DNA from: an uncultured virus (IMG/VR IMGVR_UViG_3300027782_000075)
Taxonomy: Duplodnaviria > Heunggongvirae > Uroviricota > Caudoviricetes
Virus record (IMG/VR): IMGVR_UViG_3300027782_000075
Strand: one strand, 5' to 3'
DNA length: 64,000 nt
The notes under the pieces were generated by a model. The model did not search any database, was not told the origin of the DNA, and worked only from the letters and a program-made list of their open reading frames with translations. The position numbers and the translations under genes are program-made. How positions within the stretch are numbered: position 1 is the first letter of the stretch; each line of letters begins with the position of its first letter. Below, one piece after another: positions 1 through 9,436 of this stretch.

Positions 1-2
1 CT

Positions 3-1361
3 CCGAGTGGATGTTACAGAATTATTAATAAGATTGTTGCTACCCCAACAGATACAGGTGCTCCACTTAATTTCTATTTGAACTGTGATGATTGTGAAGC
101 TTCATTACCAACACCAACACCAACTCCTACTAATACTCCAACAAATACAGAAACTCCTACTAATACTCCAACAAATACAGAAACTCCAACTAATACTCCG
201 ACACCAACAATAACTGAAACTCCAACCAATACTCCTACGGAGACCGAAACGCCTACTCCAACTCCAACCACAACTGACTTAACTTCAGTTACAACATTCA
301 CAATTTCGGGATGTACCAACTTGAACGTATTAGTTGCTGACTTAGGACCATCATCTTTAGCACCTGGTGACGTATTCAATCTAACATTCACAGGAGGAAC
401 ACCAAGTGGATGCTATAGAATTGTTGAAAAGACCGTGGCAACTCCAACAGATGGAGCAACACCACTTCTTTTCTATGTTAATTGTGCAGCATGTCAAGCA
501 ACTTTAGTAACACCAACTCCAACAAACACAAAAACTCCAACTGTAACACCAACTAATACCGCTACACCGTCTTCAACACCAACTGAAACACCAACTAACA
601 CTCCTACTCAAACTACAACTCAAACTTCAACTTTAACACCATCTCCAACCCCTACAGACCCGTTAGACGGAGGATTATATGAAGTTTCTACTTCACCTGA
701 CGCGGTATGTTATGGGACTTCTCCAACAACAACAATATATGTTCAAGGAACAATTGATATTAATGAGTTGATTTATCAAAATAACGCGGGAACTGACCCA
801 TATACTATATCTGAACTTCAAACTTTAACATCCACATTGGCAACAACATTCTACTTCCAATCTGTTAGTGGTGGAACTGTTTATACAATAACTGATAATG
901 GTTCAGGACAAGCTGAGTGTACCTCAATTGATGTGTGTCCAACTCCAACCCCGACTCCGACAGTAACAAGTACGGCAACACCGACTCCAACTAATACTCT
1001 TACCCCAACTAATACTCCAAGCGTAACACCAAACTATAACTTAACATTTACCAATGGATCGACAATATGTGAAATTCAGGCATTCCAGGACGATTTGGGA
1101 TTAGTTCCATTGACCGGAGCAACTCAAAGTTTCCCGATAAATCAAGGACAAACTTTGAGAGCAATACATGGTACAACTAACGCATTTCCAAGTGTTTATG
1201 TTACAGGTACTGGTTCTATCGATTGGCAATTTTTTATAAATGGCGTTTTTAATGGTTTTGGTTCGATTGTGTTACCTGACATATTACAATTTACGTTTGA
1301 GGGGGCACCAATATTAGCATCCGAAAATATAGTTTTAGAAATTACAGATACTCCTGGTTGA
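3..1361 (+). CDS. Pro/Thr-repeat (mucin-like) protein with repeated Cys-containing modules, 5'-truncated; possible virion fibre or decoration protein
   Basis: Frame is open from base 3. The module (PSGCYRI...FYxNCxxC) occurs twice, separated by TPT linkers. Confidence 0.75.
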   Translation, partial: PSGCYRIINKIVATPTDTGAPLNFYLNCDDCEASLPTPTPTPTNTPTNTETPTNTPTNTETPTNTPTPTITETPTNTPTETETPTPTPTTTDLTSVTTFTISGCTNLNVLVADLGPSSLAPGDVFNLTFTGGTPSGCYRIVEKTVATPTDGATPLLFYVNCAACQATLVTPTPTNTKTPTVTPTNTATPSSTPTETPTNTPTQTTTQTSTLTPSPTPTDPLDGGLYEVSTSPDAVCYGTSPTTTIYVQGTIDINELIYQNNAGTDPYTISELQTLTSTLATTFYFQSVSGGTVYTITDNGSGQAECTSIDVCPTPTPTPTVTSTATPTPTNTLTPTNTPSVTPNYNLTFTNGSTICEIQAFQDDLGLVPLTGATQSFPINQGQTLRAIHGTTNAFPSVYVTGTGSIDWQFFINGVFNGFGSIVLPDILQFTFEGAPILASENIVLEITDTPG

Positions 1362-1415
1362 CGATAAAAGTTACATAGTTGTGATATTTATTGGTAAGTA
1401 AATTACCAATATACT

Positions 1416-1667
1416 ATGAAAAAATTCTTATCTCAGTTGTTCGATGACAACAACACAATCAATGAAAAAAGCGTCGTAGGGTTTATGGCGTTTGTAATGA
1501 TGACAGGATTCGCAATTGCGGATATTGTTACAGGAACTTTAGGTAAAGACCTAGTGATAAACGAATTCATCTTTAACGCCTTCCTATGGCTAGTTCTTGG
1601 TTCCTTCGGAATCGGGTCAGTCGACAAATGGATTAACAAAGGAAAGTCAGACCAAATCGAGGAGTAA
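1416..1667 (+). CDS. Small two-TM membrane protein, possible holin
   Basis: Two hydrophobic segments and a charged C-terminus. TATTTAT upstream and a terminator downstream. Confidence 0.5.
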   Translation: MKKFLSQLFDDNNTINEKSVVGFMAFVMMTGFAIADIVTGTLGKDLVINEFIFNAFLWLVLGSFGIGSVDKWINKGKSDQIEE

Positions 1668-1671
1668 TCTT

Positions 1672-1707
1672 AAAATCCCCACTCTTTTTAGTGGGGATTT
1701 TTTTTTT
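1672..1707 (+). terminator. Intrinsic terminator
   Basis: AAAATCCCCACT/AGTGGGGATTTT stem followed by a T run. Confidence 0.8.
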
Positions 1708-1733
1708 ATTAGATATTTTCGTACATTTGTTTC

Positions 1734-1967
1734 ATGAAAATATCGGGAAACACCAAGTCAGAAACTGTGTCAAAAAAGTGGGAGGTCACTTTTGAAGATG
1801 AAGAAAGTGTATCAGTATTCAAATACAATACTGACGTGTCAAAGAATGGTCCAGTATCGGTTGAATTTAGATACAAAACAGGATACAAACACCCAACAGA
1901 GCAAAAGAAGAAAACCATAGGAGAATTGGCTAAGGAAGCAAGAAAACAAACTAGAGTTAAAAAATAA
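1734..1967 (+). CDS. Hypothetical protein
   Basis: 77-aa ORF preceded by TACATTTG (Bacteroidota -7 promoter motif). Confidence 0.6.
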   Translation: MKISGNTKSETVSKKWEVTFEDEESVSVFKYNTDVSKNGPVSVEFRYKTGYKHPTEQKKKTIGELAKEARKQTRVKK

Positions 1968-1992
1968 AAAGATGGATTTCTCCATCTTTTTT

Positions 1993-2418
1993 TTATGCTG
2001 TGAATTTTGTAATTCTTATTTCACAGGTTTCGGGTAATCCACAACTTTTTAAGTAGTTGTTGATTAAACTCATCATATTCACCCGACCAACAGGATTAGA
2101 TGAGTGAACGTAAACTTGAGGTAATGGAGTATTGGTTTCAACACTTTCCTCCACCAAAAACTTACAAGAATCCATACCAGTTTTTTCTAAAATATTGTCA
2201 TAATTTAGAGTGTTATTAGGTTTAGCGTTTGCATAGTATTCTGCAATTGCACTTTCTCCCAAATCATGGTCAAGTGATATTTCCTCAATATTTCCTAAGC
2301 CCAATTTTTGAACGGTTTCAACGAACTCATCATGATTTCTTACAACAACCCATTCATTATCTATTGGCGTACGTACGTCATCAAGATAGATACGGTAAGA
2401 CATTAAATTTTTTTCCAT
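1993..2418 (-). CDS. Cyclic-phosphate-processing receiver-like domain protein
   Basis: Motifs YLDDVR, ISLDHDLG and VHSSNPVG. Confidence 0.7.
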   Translation of the reverse strand: MEKNLMSYRIYLDDVRTPIDNEWVVVRNHDEFVETVQKLGLGNIEEISLDHDLGESAIAEYYANAKPNNTLNYDNILEKTGMDSCKFLVEESVETNTPLPQVYVHSSNPVGRVNMMSLINNYLKSCGLPETCEIRITKFTA

Positions 2419-2421
2419 AGT

Positions 2422-3102
2422 TCAAATATAAGTAATTTCTTTTGTTTCAGTATCATACTCCACAACTATAGGTTTGTGTGCATGTTCGTAACTATCGTTA
2501 AGAACAGATGCATTTAGAAATTCAATTCCACCCATTGTCTTTTGACCGTAACCATCATGGATGTGACCACAAACGTGAATTTTTGGTTTAACCTCCACGA
2601 TTTTACGATATAATTCTTCACAACCGACACGACCTCCGATCGGAGCGTAATCCAAAATACCGTATGCTGGCCCGTGAGTGATTAGGATGTCGACATCATC
2701 TGGTATTTTTTCCCATTTTGCTGCCAATTCTTCTCCTCTTGGAAGATTAAACGCCCAATTATGAAATTCAGGTTGCCAAGGACTACCATAAAATTTGATT
2801 CCATCAATGGTCACATCATTGTCAAACAAATAGATTACTCCCAAATCTTTGAACTCTATATCGATATCAGTTTGTTGTTCAAATCCAAAGTCGTGATTTC
2901 CTGCAATGAAAATTTTATGTTCAAATTCGGTATTTGAAAACCACTCCAAAAACCCGTTGATTTCGTGTTTTTGTCCCATACTTGTACAGTCACCCGCGTG
3001 TACGAGGATATCACCACTACCCAATATGTTTCCCATCCCCTTACTTGTAAGGTGTTTGTGTTTGTTGTGAGTGTCAGAGATGAATGTTATTTTCTTTTTC
3101 AT
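2422..3102 (-). CDS. Calcineurin-like metallophosphoesterase
   Basis: Motifs SDTH, HAGD, GNHD, THGP and CGHIH. Start placed at MKKKIT. Confidence 0.9.
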   Translation of the reverse strand: MKKKITFISDTHNKHKHLTSKGMGNILGSGDILVHAGDCTSMGQKHEINGFLEWFSNTEFEHKIFIAGNHDFGFEQQTDIDIEFKDLGVIYLFDNDVTIDGIKFYGSPWQPEFHNWAFNLPRGEELAAKWEKIPDDVDILITHGPAYGILDYAPIGGRVGCEELYRKIVEVKPKIHVCGHIHDGYGQKTMGGIEFLNASVLNDSYEHAHKPIVVEYDTETKEITYI

Positions 3103-3231
3103 AATCTTATTGCTAATTCCCATTTTAACCAACCAATAATTAGTTCCAAATCACCGTTAAGTTTTCTTGTATGGGTTATTTTTACAAAAGGAAAAATATA
3201 GATTTGCCCGTATACTTCAAATATTTTCATA

Positions 3232-3732
3232 TCAATCCCACCAATAACGAATGTTGTGTCCTATAAATTTCCATAGTAATTGTTCGGCTTTCTTTTGTTT
3301 TTGTCTTGATTTAAGCATAAGTTCACGTTTCAACAAATCAATCTCATCAACATTATCCCAATATTCATATTTGGATTTTATAAAAGATGTCCCATCACCC
3401 CTACCAGTATCCACAAACTCCCAATTAAATACATCATTACCATATTTTTCTCTAATGGTATCCATCCATTCAATCTCATAATCTCCATTATAAACTTTAT
3501 CCATCAAACTAATTGCAGTTCGGATTCGTGAAGCGTTTTGTTTTGATCTGTCGGGGTTCAGTTTATCTGATTCAAATAATTCTGCTTGTCTTTCCAATTG
3601 TTTTTTGAAAAGTTCAATAGAATACATGTAATCGAAGTCAAACCCATTCCAAATAATCGGTAAAAAGTCAATTACTCGTTGAATTTGTTGATATTTTCGT
3701 CTGAAGAAATGTTTTATGTTATTTAAGTTCAT
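3232..3732 (-). CDS. Hypothetical phage protein
   Basis: ORF; start moved to MNLNN because the upstream part overlaps a terminator and a TATATTTG promoter. Confidence 0.65.
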   Translation of the reverse strand: MNLNNIKHFFRRKYQQIQRVIDFLPIIWNGFDFDYMYSIELFKKQLERQAELFESDKLNPDRSKQNASRIRTAISLMDKVYNGDYEIEWMDTIREKYGNDVFNWEFVDTGRGDGTSFIKSKYEYWDNVDEIDLLKRELMLKSRQKQKKAEQLLWKFIGHNIRYWWD

Positions 3733-3761
3733 AATGTTATTGAGGTTTAGACAAATATACG

Positions 3762-3840
3762 AAAAAAAGCAAGACCCACCAAATAAATTTGTGGGTCTTG
3801 TAAAAGGGATATATGAGAACACTCACTTTGTGAGCGATTG
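3762..3840 (-). ncRNA. Candidate small RNA
   Basis: TATTTAT motif upstream (3846-3852, minus strand), a short CTCAC/GTGAG hairpin, then a terminator (CAAGACCCAC/GTGGGTCTTG plus U run). Confidence 0.4.
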
Positions 3841-3884
3841 TATAAATAAATATGATGATTTGTAAAAAAGTCCATGCTGTACTA

Positions 3885-4139
3885 TCAACAGAACAATTTT
3901 TCTACATTGTACAAATCATATCTTGAATTTTTATTTCTAAATAGGCTCCAAAATTCGTATCTCAAATATTTGATAACCTCTTTGTCTGAATCACTAAGAT
4001 TATCATTGACGTGTTTGGATTCCCAAAGGTTAAAACACTTCATTGTGGCATTCAAATGCTCTTTGCTTTGAGAAGATTTAAGTACTCTAAGTACCCACTT
4101 GAAATCTGAGATTGCTGAGGAAATGTTCATTGTCGTCAT
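3885..4139 (-). CDS. Hypothetical protein
   Basis: 84-aa ORF with TATATTTG upstream. Confidence 0.55.
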   Translation of the reverse strand: MTTMNISSAISDFKWVLRVLKSSQSKEHLNATMKCFNLWESKHVNDNLSDSDKEVIKYLRYEFWSLFRNKNSRYDLYNVEKLFC

Positions 4140-4230
4140 GTTTAGTTTTGTTTAACAAATATAAAATAAAAATTTACTCCGACAAAATTATCGGAGTAAA
4201 TAATTATTTTTTTTTTTATCGTAATACGAC

Positions 4231-5058
4231 TTATTTCAAAAGTGCGAAATACTCTTTGAAATGTTTGATTCTGTCAGAAATTCCTATGGTTCCGCCATTA
4301 ACTCTTTTGGTTACTGCTGTTACTGTAGCGTCATCCGCTCCTTTGTCACAAATTGCCCACAATTTGTTTGAATCAAAGAAGAATGCTGCAGATGCTAAAG
4401 GATATTTTGTTGCAACTAAATCTGGATTAGCAACTGTGTCTTCACCGATAAATTTAGCAAATTTTGTATAGTTGTCTTTACCAGTCAATTGGATATATCC
4501 ACGACCTCTAAACTTGAAACCTTCTTTTGTTGTTTCATCTCCATTACCCATTCTACTTCCATAAACTTTGGATGCGATTTTTTCAGGATTTTTAGCGTAA
4601 CCTTCTGCCAAGTTTCCAGGGAAATATTTTGGAAATATTTTTTTCAAACCATCCGCAGAATAATTTAGATTTTCTTGAATCGCTTTGAAACCAGCCGACT
4701 CATGTCCACACTGAGCTAAAAAGTGAGCCAATCTAAGTGGATTTGTAATGTTGAATTTCTTTGCCGCGTCAGGAATCTGAGCAATTACAGCATCAGGGAT
4801 ATGACCCTTCAGATTTTCTAACTTCAAAGGACCAGCATTAACAATCGGAGTTGATGGTTCAGTGATAAGTTGTTTAGTTCCAAACATCTTTGCCCAAGTC
4901 CCTTCACCAACAATACCGTCAGCAGTTAATCCATTAGACGATTGCCATTTTTTAACCGCAGCCTCTGTGCCAGAACCGAATACACCATCGGCTCCCAAAC
5001 CTAATTTTGCTTGGAGTTTTTTTACGTCTTCTCCTTTAGACCCAACTTTTAGTATCAT
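4231..5058 (-). CDS. Endolysin: peptidoglycan-binding domain plus GH19 lysozyme domain
   Basis: N-terminal DGVFGSGT..VKKWQ..GLTADGIVG. C-terminal FLAQCGHES, FRGRGYIQLTGKDNY and VTKRVNGG. Confidence 0.9.
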   Translation of the reverse strand: MILKVGSKGEDVKKLQAKLGLGADGVFGSGTEAAVKKWQSSNGLTADGIVGEGTWAKMFGTKQLITEPSTPIVNAGPLKLENLKGHIPDAVIAQIPDAAKKFNITNPLRLAHFLAQCGHESAGFKAIQENLNYSADGLKKIFPKYFPGNLAEGYAKNPEKIASKVYGSRMGNGDETTKEGFKFRGRGYIQLTGKDNYTKFAKFIGEDTVANPDLVATKYPLASAAFFFDSNKLWAICDKGADDATVTAVTKRVNGGTIGISDRIKHFKEYFALLK

Positions 5059-5181
5059 AGTAATTTATTTTATATTAATAAATATTGTCTAAAACCAATA
5101 AGATAATTTACCTTAACATAAACTAAAAATTTAGGACAAAATTAAATTTGGTGATATTTATGAATACCAAGATACTATCGA

Positions 5182-5676
5182 ATGAAAATTTTAACCCTTT
5201 TTATGGCGGGCATTATGCTATACATAATGCCTCACATCACCACAAATCTTACTGATGAAATATGGGTTGAATCTGTCGTAAACAAGATTCAAGTGGGAAA
5301 TCTCGCAGGAAATCGAAACTTAGAATTCGGTTTGAGAAATATCACAGAGGAATTTTTACAAGAAAAAAATTTCGATCTAAACCCTGACTCCAAACAAAAA
5401 CTATCTATTGAAATTGTCTACTTGGATGTATTAAAAACCAAGACGAATGTCTCTGTATTTCACAAAGACAGTGAATCTGTTGTAATACGTCTCAGAGGAG
5501 TTTTGAAGGTTGATGGAAAAAAAATCAAAGAAGTTATTGTTGAAGAAGAATCATCTGAGATTTCCATGTCAACACTAATTGTGGACAACGGAGGGAATTT
5601 CAATCAACAATCTTTGAGTAATGCGTTGAAAAAGGCTAGTGATACCTTGGTAACTAAACTATTTGAAACAAATTAA
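5182..5676 (+). CDS. Exported protein, first gene of the envelope operon
   Basis: N-terminal hydrophobic signal and an alpha/beta pattern. Confidence 0.6.
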   Translation: MKILTLFMAGIMLYIMPHITTNLTDEIWVESVVNKIQVGNLAGNRNLEFGLRNITEEFLQEKNFDLNPDSKQKLSIEIVYLDVLKTKTNVSVFHKDSESVVIRLRGVLKVDGKKIKEVIVEEESSEISMSTLIVDNGGNFNQQSLSNALKKASDTLVTKLFETN

Positions 5677-7782
5677 ATGAAAAATTTATTACTAATATCT
5701 TTTTTCTTAATCTCGTTCACTTCATTTGGGCAAATTAAGTTTAAGTTCCCCGACACAAGAATTTTAACAGATATAAGCGGGGGAGTTATTGATAGAGGAG
5801 ACCAATTTGATGTTATGGTTCATGCAAATGGTAATGGTGATGCTGTTACAAGGCAATTACTATTTGACTTTCAATACGACCAAACAAACTTTGAGATAGT
5901 TTCAATCAATCATACAGGCACAGGTGGAAACGGAGGAGTGTTCCCTACAGGTTCAAATATACAACTATCTTGGCAAAACTACCCAGGATATACTTACGCA
6001 GGAAATAGTACTTTTACAAACGGTACACAAAGATATGTTTCCAACGCGACTTACACATATAATGCTAACGGATCCAATGCAATTATAAGAGCGACTCTAA
6101 CATGGGCAACAAATTCTCCAATGCCATTTAACGCTTTTTCTCAAATAATAATTGTAAGGTTTAGATTAAAGGCGGCGTCTACATCAAACGCATTCAACCC
6201 TGTTAAATTAAACTTTGTTGCAGGATGGAATGTGCAAGGGGCTGGTGTTGCGACCTTTATGGACACACCATTATCAACTGAGGTTATCATGAATCAAAAT
6301 ACAGGTAAATTGATAACCGCAAAAGTTGACGCAAATACGAATTTACTAAATTTAACTGGTTTAAGGGTTTCATTCAGAGATACTTTAACAAATACCAATC
6401 AAAACTTTAATGTTTTATCAAACGGTAATGTGGATATAAACCAATCCTTATTATCTGAAAATAAAGTATATGAGGTTTCGGTAATGCATGATACGGACAA
6501 ACTAAATACCATTTATAATAACGCAATAACAATTTCCGACTTTACATCGGCACAAGGAGAATTTGTGACAATGGGATTAGATGGAAGCAAAGGACAAACA
6601 ATCAATACCGGACAATCCCTATATGCCGCTGACATCAATAGAAATAAATTGATTGATGGTGGAGATTTACCAAGGTTGTTATCACAAGTCGTAGGTATTG
6701 ACGCATTAGTAACCGTTCCAAATGGATATACACAAGGTAGTGGTGGCTATATGAGTGTACCAACATGGATGTCTACCGATGCAACAACTATCGCTGGTCA
6801 AGTTGAGTGGGCGATAATTACACCAAATCATTATTCTCAAAATGTGTCCAGAATATTGGTTGATATGAGAGAATTCGATGCGACTAATACACCTGAAAAA
6901 ATAAAGTCACTCCAATTATTTGATTTGTATGTTGGACCTGTAGAATTTGTTTCGAAGGACGGAACTTGGGCGACATTTAGAATACCATCTGGTATATCTT
7001 CAATAGGCACGTCAACTTACACACCATACATAAGAAATATCAATGGAGGTCCAGACTTTGGGTTAAGGGCGGAATTTACATTTAATGACTCACCATCAAA
7101 TTCTTGGGGAGCTATAACAACAACTAATTGGAATTCTTTTGATTTCCCTAAAACTTATATTAAAACAGGGACAATAGGAACTAACACGGTTGTAGACCTG
7201 AAATATCTTTTATGGGGAGATGTGAATCGTTCTCACTCATCACAAGTTGTTGTAAGTAATAATGGAGTTGCATCTGTAGTTAGTAGAGCCCTAAATAGTT
7301 TGAAGTCGAACACGACATTCAGAAATATGGCAACAGAATCATTCATCAATACTCCAAATGATGTTCCATCAATAGATGTAAATCTATCTAATTTGACTGT
7401 GACATCGAATAATATTGAAATCCCTATAAGTGTAACGACAAATGGAAATCCTGTTACAGGACTACAATTTGAATTTGATTACGACCCAACAAAGATAAAG
7501 TTTGAGGAGTTTTTCCCAAATGTACCAAATACATGGTACTTGTTTGTTAACTCTGTTGACGGTAAAGTCAAATTTGGTGGGATAGACCCAAATGAAAAAA
7601 CTCCAGTAACTGGAACGGCAATTCCATTCAAATTGAAATTTTCAACAATTGGTAATGGTGTTGATATTTTGACTTCCATCAAAGTATCCTCCACTATGGA
7701 CGCTAACACAATCAAGGGTTCTCAATTAGGAATAAAATTGAATACAACTCAAATAAAATTAACGGGATATAATAATTTCTAA
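5677..7782 (+). CDS. Secreted protein with cohesin-like and dockerin-like domains
   Basis: Signal peptide. Dockerin/EF-hand-like ADINRNKLIDGGD and GDVNRS. Cohesin-like IEIPISV...GLQFEFDYDPTKIKF at the C-terminus and a similar FDFQYDQTNFE at the N-terminus. Confidence 0.65.
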   Translation: MKNLLLISFFLISFTSFGQIKFKFPDTRILTDISGGVIDRGDQFDVMVHANGNGDAVTRQLLFDFQYDQTNFEIVSINHTGTGGNGGVFPTGSNIQLSWQNYPGYTYAGNSTFTNGTQRYVSNATYTYNANGSNAIIRATLTWATNSPMPFNAFSQIIIVRFRLKAASTSNAFNPVKLNFVAGWNVQGAGVATFMDTPLSTEVIMNQNTGKLITAKVDANTNLLNLTGLRVSFRDTLTNTNQNFNVLSNGNVDINQSLLSENKVYEVSVMHDTDKLNTIYNNAITISDFTSAQGEFVTMGLDGSKGQTINTGQSLYAADINRNKLIDGGDLPRLLSQVVGIDALVTVPNGYTQGSGGYMSVPTWMSTDATTIAGQVEWAIITPNHYSQNVSRILVDMREFDATNTPEKIKSLQLFDLYVGPVEFVSKDGTWATFRIPSGISSIGTSTYTPYIRNINGGPDFGLRAEFTFNDSPSNSWGAITTTNWNSFDFPKTYIKTGTIGTNTVVDLKYLLWGDVNRSHSSQVVVSNNGVASVVSRALNSLKSNTTFRNMATESFINTPNDVPSIDVNLSNLTVTSNNIEIPISVTTNGNPVTGLQFEFDYDPTKIKFEEFFPNVPNTWYLFVNSVDGKVKFGGIDPNEKTPVTGTAIPFKLKFSTIGNGVDILTSIKVSSTMDANTIKGSQLGIKLNTTQIKLTGYNNF

Positions 7783-7783
7783 C

Positions 7784-8146
7784 ATGAAAAAAATATTATC
7801 AATACTAATTTTCTCAGTTCTCTTTTTACAAGGATGTTTCAACCCTTACTACGATGAGATGCCGGAAATTGATTTAGGGGCTAAATCAACTTCTACAAAC
7901 ATAAAATCTGTTTTTCAGAATGGAAACATAGTGTTTATAGAGTTCGAAACAACTGTCGGAGCAAAATATTCAGTACAAATAATACCTTTTGGTCAAGAAA
8001 TACCAATAAAAAAAGAAGGCTTCACGGCAGTTGACACAACCACAAAAAGGGTATATAATTTAACAGAAGAACCAAAAGGGTATTATGACTTGGTTTTTTT
8101 GGACATTTCGGGGAAAGATATAAAATATCCGTTAATTATTAAATAA
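7784..8146 (+). CDS. Putative lipoprotein
   Basis: Lipobox LQGC after a signal peptide. Confidence 0.7.
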   Translation: MKKILSILIFSVLFLQGCFNPYYDEMPEIDLGAKSTSTNIKSVFQNGNIVFIEFETTVGAKYSVQIIPFGQEIPIKKEGFTAVDTTTKRVYNLTEEPKGYYDLVFLDISGKDIKYPLIIK

Positions 8147-8171
8147 AATAAATAAACTAAATAATAATACC

Positions 8172-8498
8172 ATGAGTGAAGAAACAGAAAACCATAATGA
8201 CGGAACTTGGTCAGGATTGAAAAAGACAATTATCGGATTGTTAACTACGGCAGTGTTGGGTGCCGGAGGAGTTATTACAAATAAATTGATTAACGGTGGT
8301 GAAGAAGAAGTTGTAGCCCCTGTTCAACAACAAACTCCAATTATTATTAACAACAATAACCAACAACAACAATCTGGTGGTGACAAAACTGTAATCATCA
8401 GAGAAAAATCAAGTCAACCAGCATCACAACCCGCAGCGACGGATAAACCTAATAAAAAAGAAGGAGACGAGTTCAAAGAAACCGCTCCAAAATGGTAA
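8172..8498 (+). CDS. Single-TM membrane protein
   Basis: Hydrophobic helix followed by a Q/N-rich tail. Confidence 0.65.
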   Translation: MSEETENHNDGTWSGLKKTIIGLLTTAVLGAGGVITNKLINGGEEEVVAPVQQQTPIIINNNNQQQQSGGDKTVIIREKSSQPASQPAATDKPNKKEGDEFKETAPKW

Positions 8499-8500
8499 AT

Positions 8501-8662
8501 ATGGAACAATTTTTAAGTTTTATGGTATTCCTCACATTGTTGATGGTATCCATGTTTGTATTTTATTCACCATCATTGTATTTGTTAATCTTCTTCGGAG
8601 GTGTGACTTACTTGATGTTGAGAGGTAAGAAGAAGGGTTGGGCTTGGCCAAAGAGACCTTAA
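8501..8662 (+). CDS. Small hydrophobic membrane protein (53 aa; not in ORF track)
   Basis: Translated by eye: MEQFLSFMVFLTLLMVS...GWAWPKRP*. Fills the operon gap. Confidence 0.6.
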   Translation: MEQFLSFMVFLTLLMVSMFVFYSPSLYLLIFFGGVTYLMLRGKKKGWAWPKRP

Positions 8663-8690
8663 TAAACATATAAAACAATTGAGGTTTAAT

Positions 8691-9413
8691 ATGAAAAAAT
8701 TTATATTATCGTCGATATTTGCTCTAATAGTACAAATATCGGCGTTTTCTCAAACTGTGGGAAGTACAAAAACAGAACAGTATCGTGCTTCTTTTGAAAC
8801 CGCAATTGACATAAGTCAATTTATGGATTATGAAGGAAAACAAATTCCAATTCAAATCCTAAAGGCAGGTATTTCAGATGAAATGTATGAGATGTATCCT
8901 GAACTCAAAGAAAAAAGAGTTGGTTTAGGTGTTGCGAACATTTCAATGGAATATCTTGAGAATCTTAACAGATTCAAATTCACTGAAGATAAGACTGAAA
9001 TCAAAAACCGAATGGTTAAGCAATTCCAAGCATCTCAGGCAGGAATTTCTGAAAACCAATTGGATGGTTTCGGTAAAATCAATTTGGCGGAATATTTTGT
9101 AACCATTGAATGTTATGATTACTCCATTTCAGAAGATGAAACTGTAAACCTGAAAGATGGTGTGAAAAATATGATGGTTACCCGTATTGGTCTACAAGTT
9201 AGATTTACAAATGCGGAAACTGGTGTTGTATTCGGAGCATCAGGACTTGGAGAAGCAGTTACAACAAGAGAATTAACACTTCTATCAGACGCAACAGTCG
9301 ATCCAGTTAAGTTTAATCAATCTACAATATCTATCGCAACAAAAAAAGCACTTGACATTGCTTGTGCCAGAATTTTAGATAGAATGATTAAAAAAGGGAT
9401 ATTCACAGAATAA
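8691..9413 (+). CDS. CsgG/HfaB-like protein
   Basis: Signal peptide. Pattern LGVANI..EYL..LNRFKFTE, AEYFV..ECYDYS and IGLQVRFTNAETG resembles the CsgG-family fold. Confidence 0.6.
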   Translation: MKKFILSSIFALIVQISAFSQTVGSTKTEQYRASFETAIDISQFMDYEGKQIPIQILKAGISDEMYEMYPELKEKRVGLGVANISMEYLENLNRFKFTEDKTEIKNRMVKQFQASQAGISENQLDGFGKINLAEYFVTIECYDYSISEDETVNLKDGVKNMMVTRIGLQVRFTNAETGVVFGASGLGEAVTTRELTLLSDATVDPVKFNQSTISIATKKALDIACARILDRMIKKGIFTE

Positions 9414-9436
9414 AATATTTCGAAAACCGATGATAC

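Noticed and set aside
74..391. Antisense ORFs over low-complexity genes (also 9885-10158, 45911-46162, 47377-48066, 57122-57773)
   Set aside because: They are mirror translations of Thr/Pro, Ser or acidic repeats on the real coding strand.
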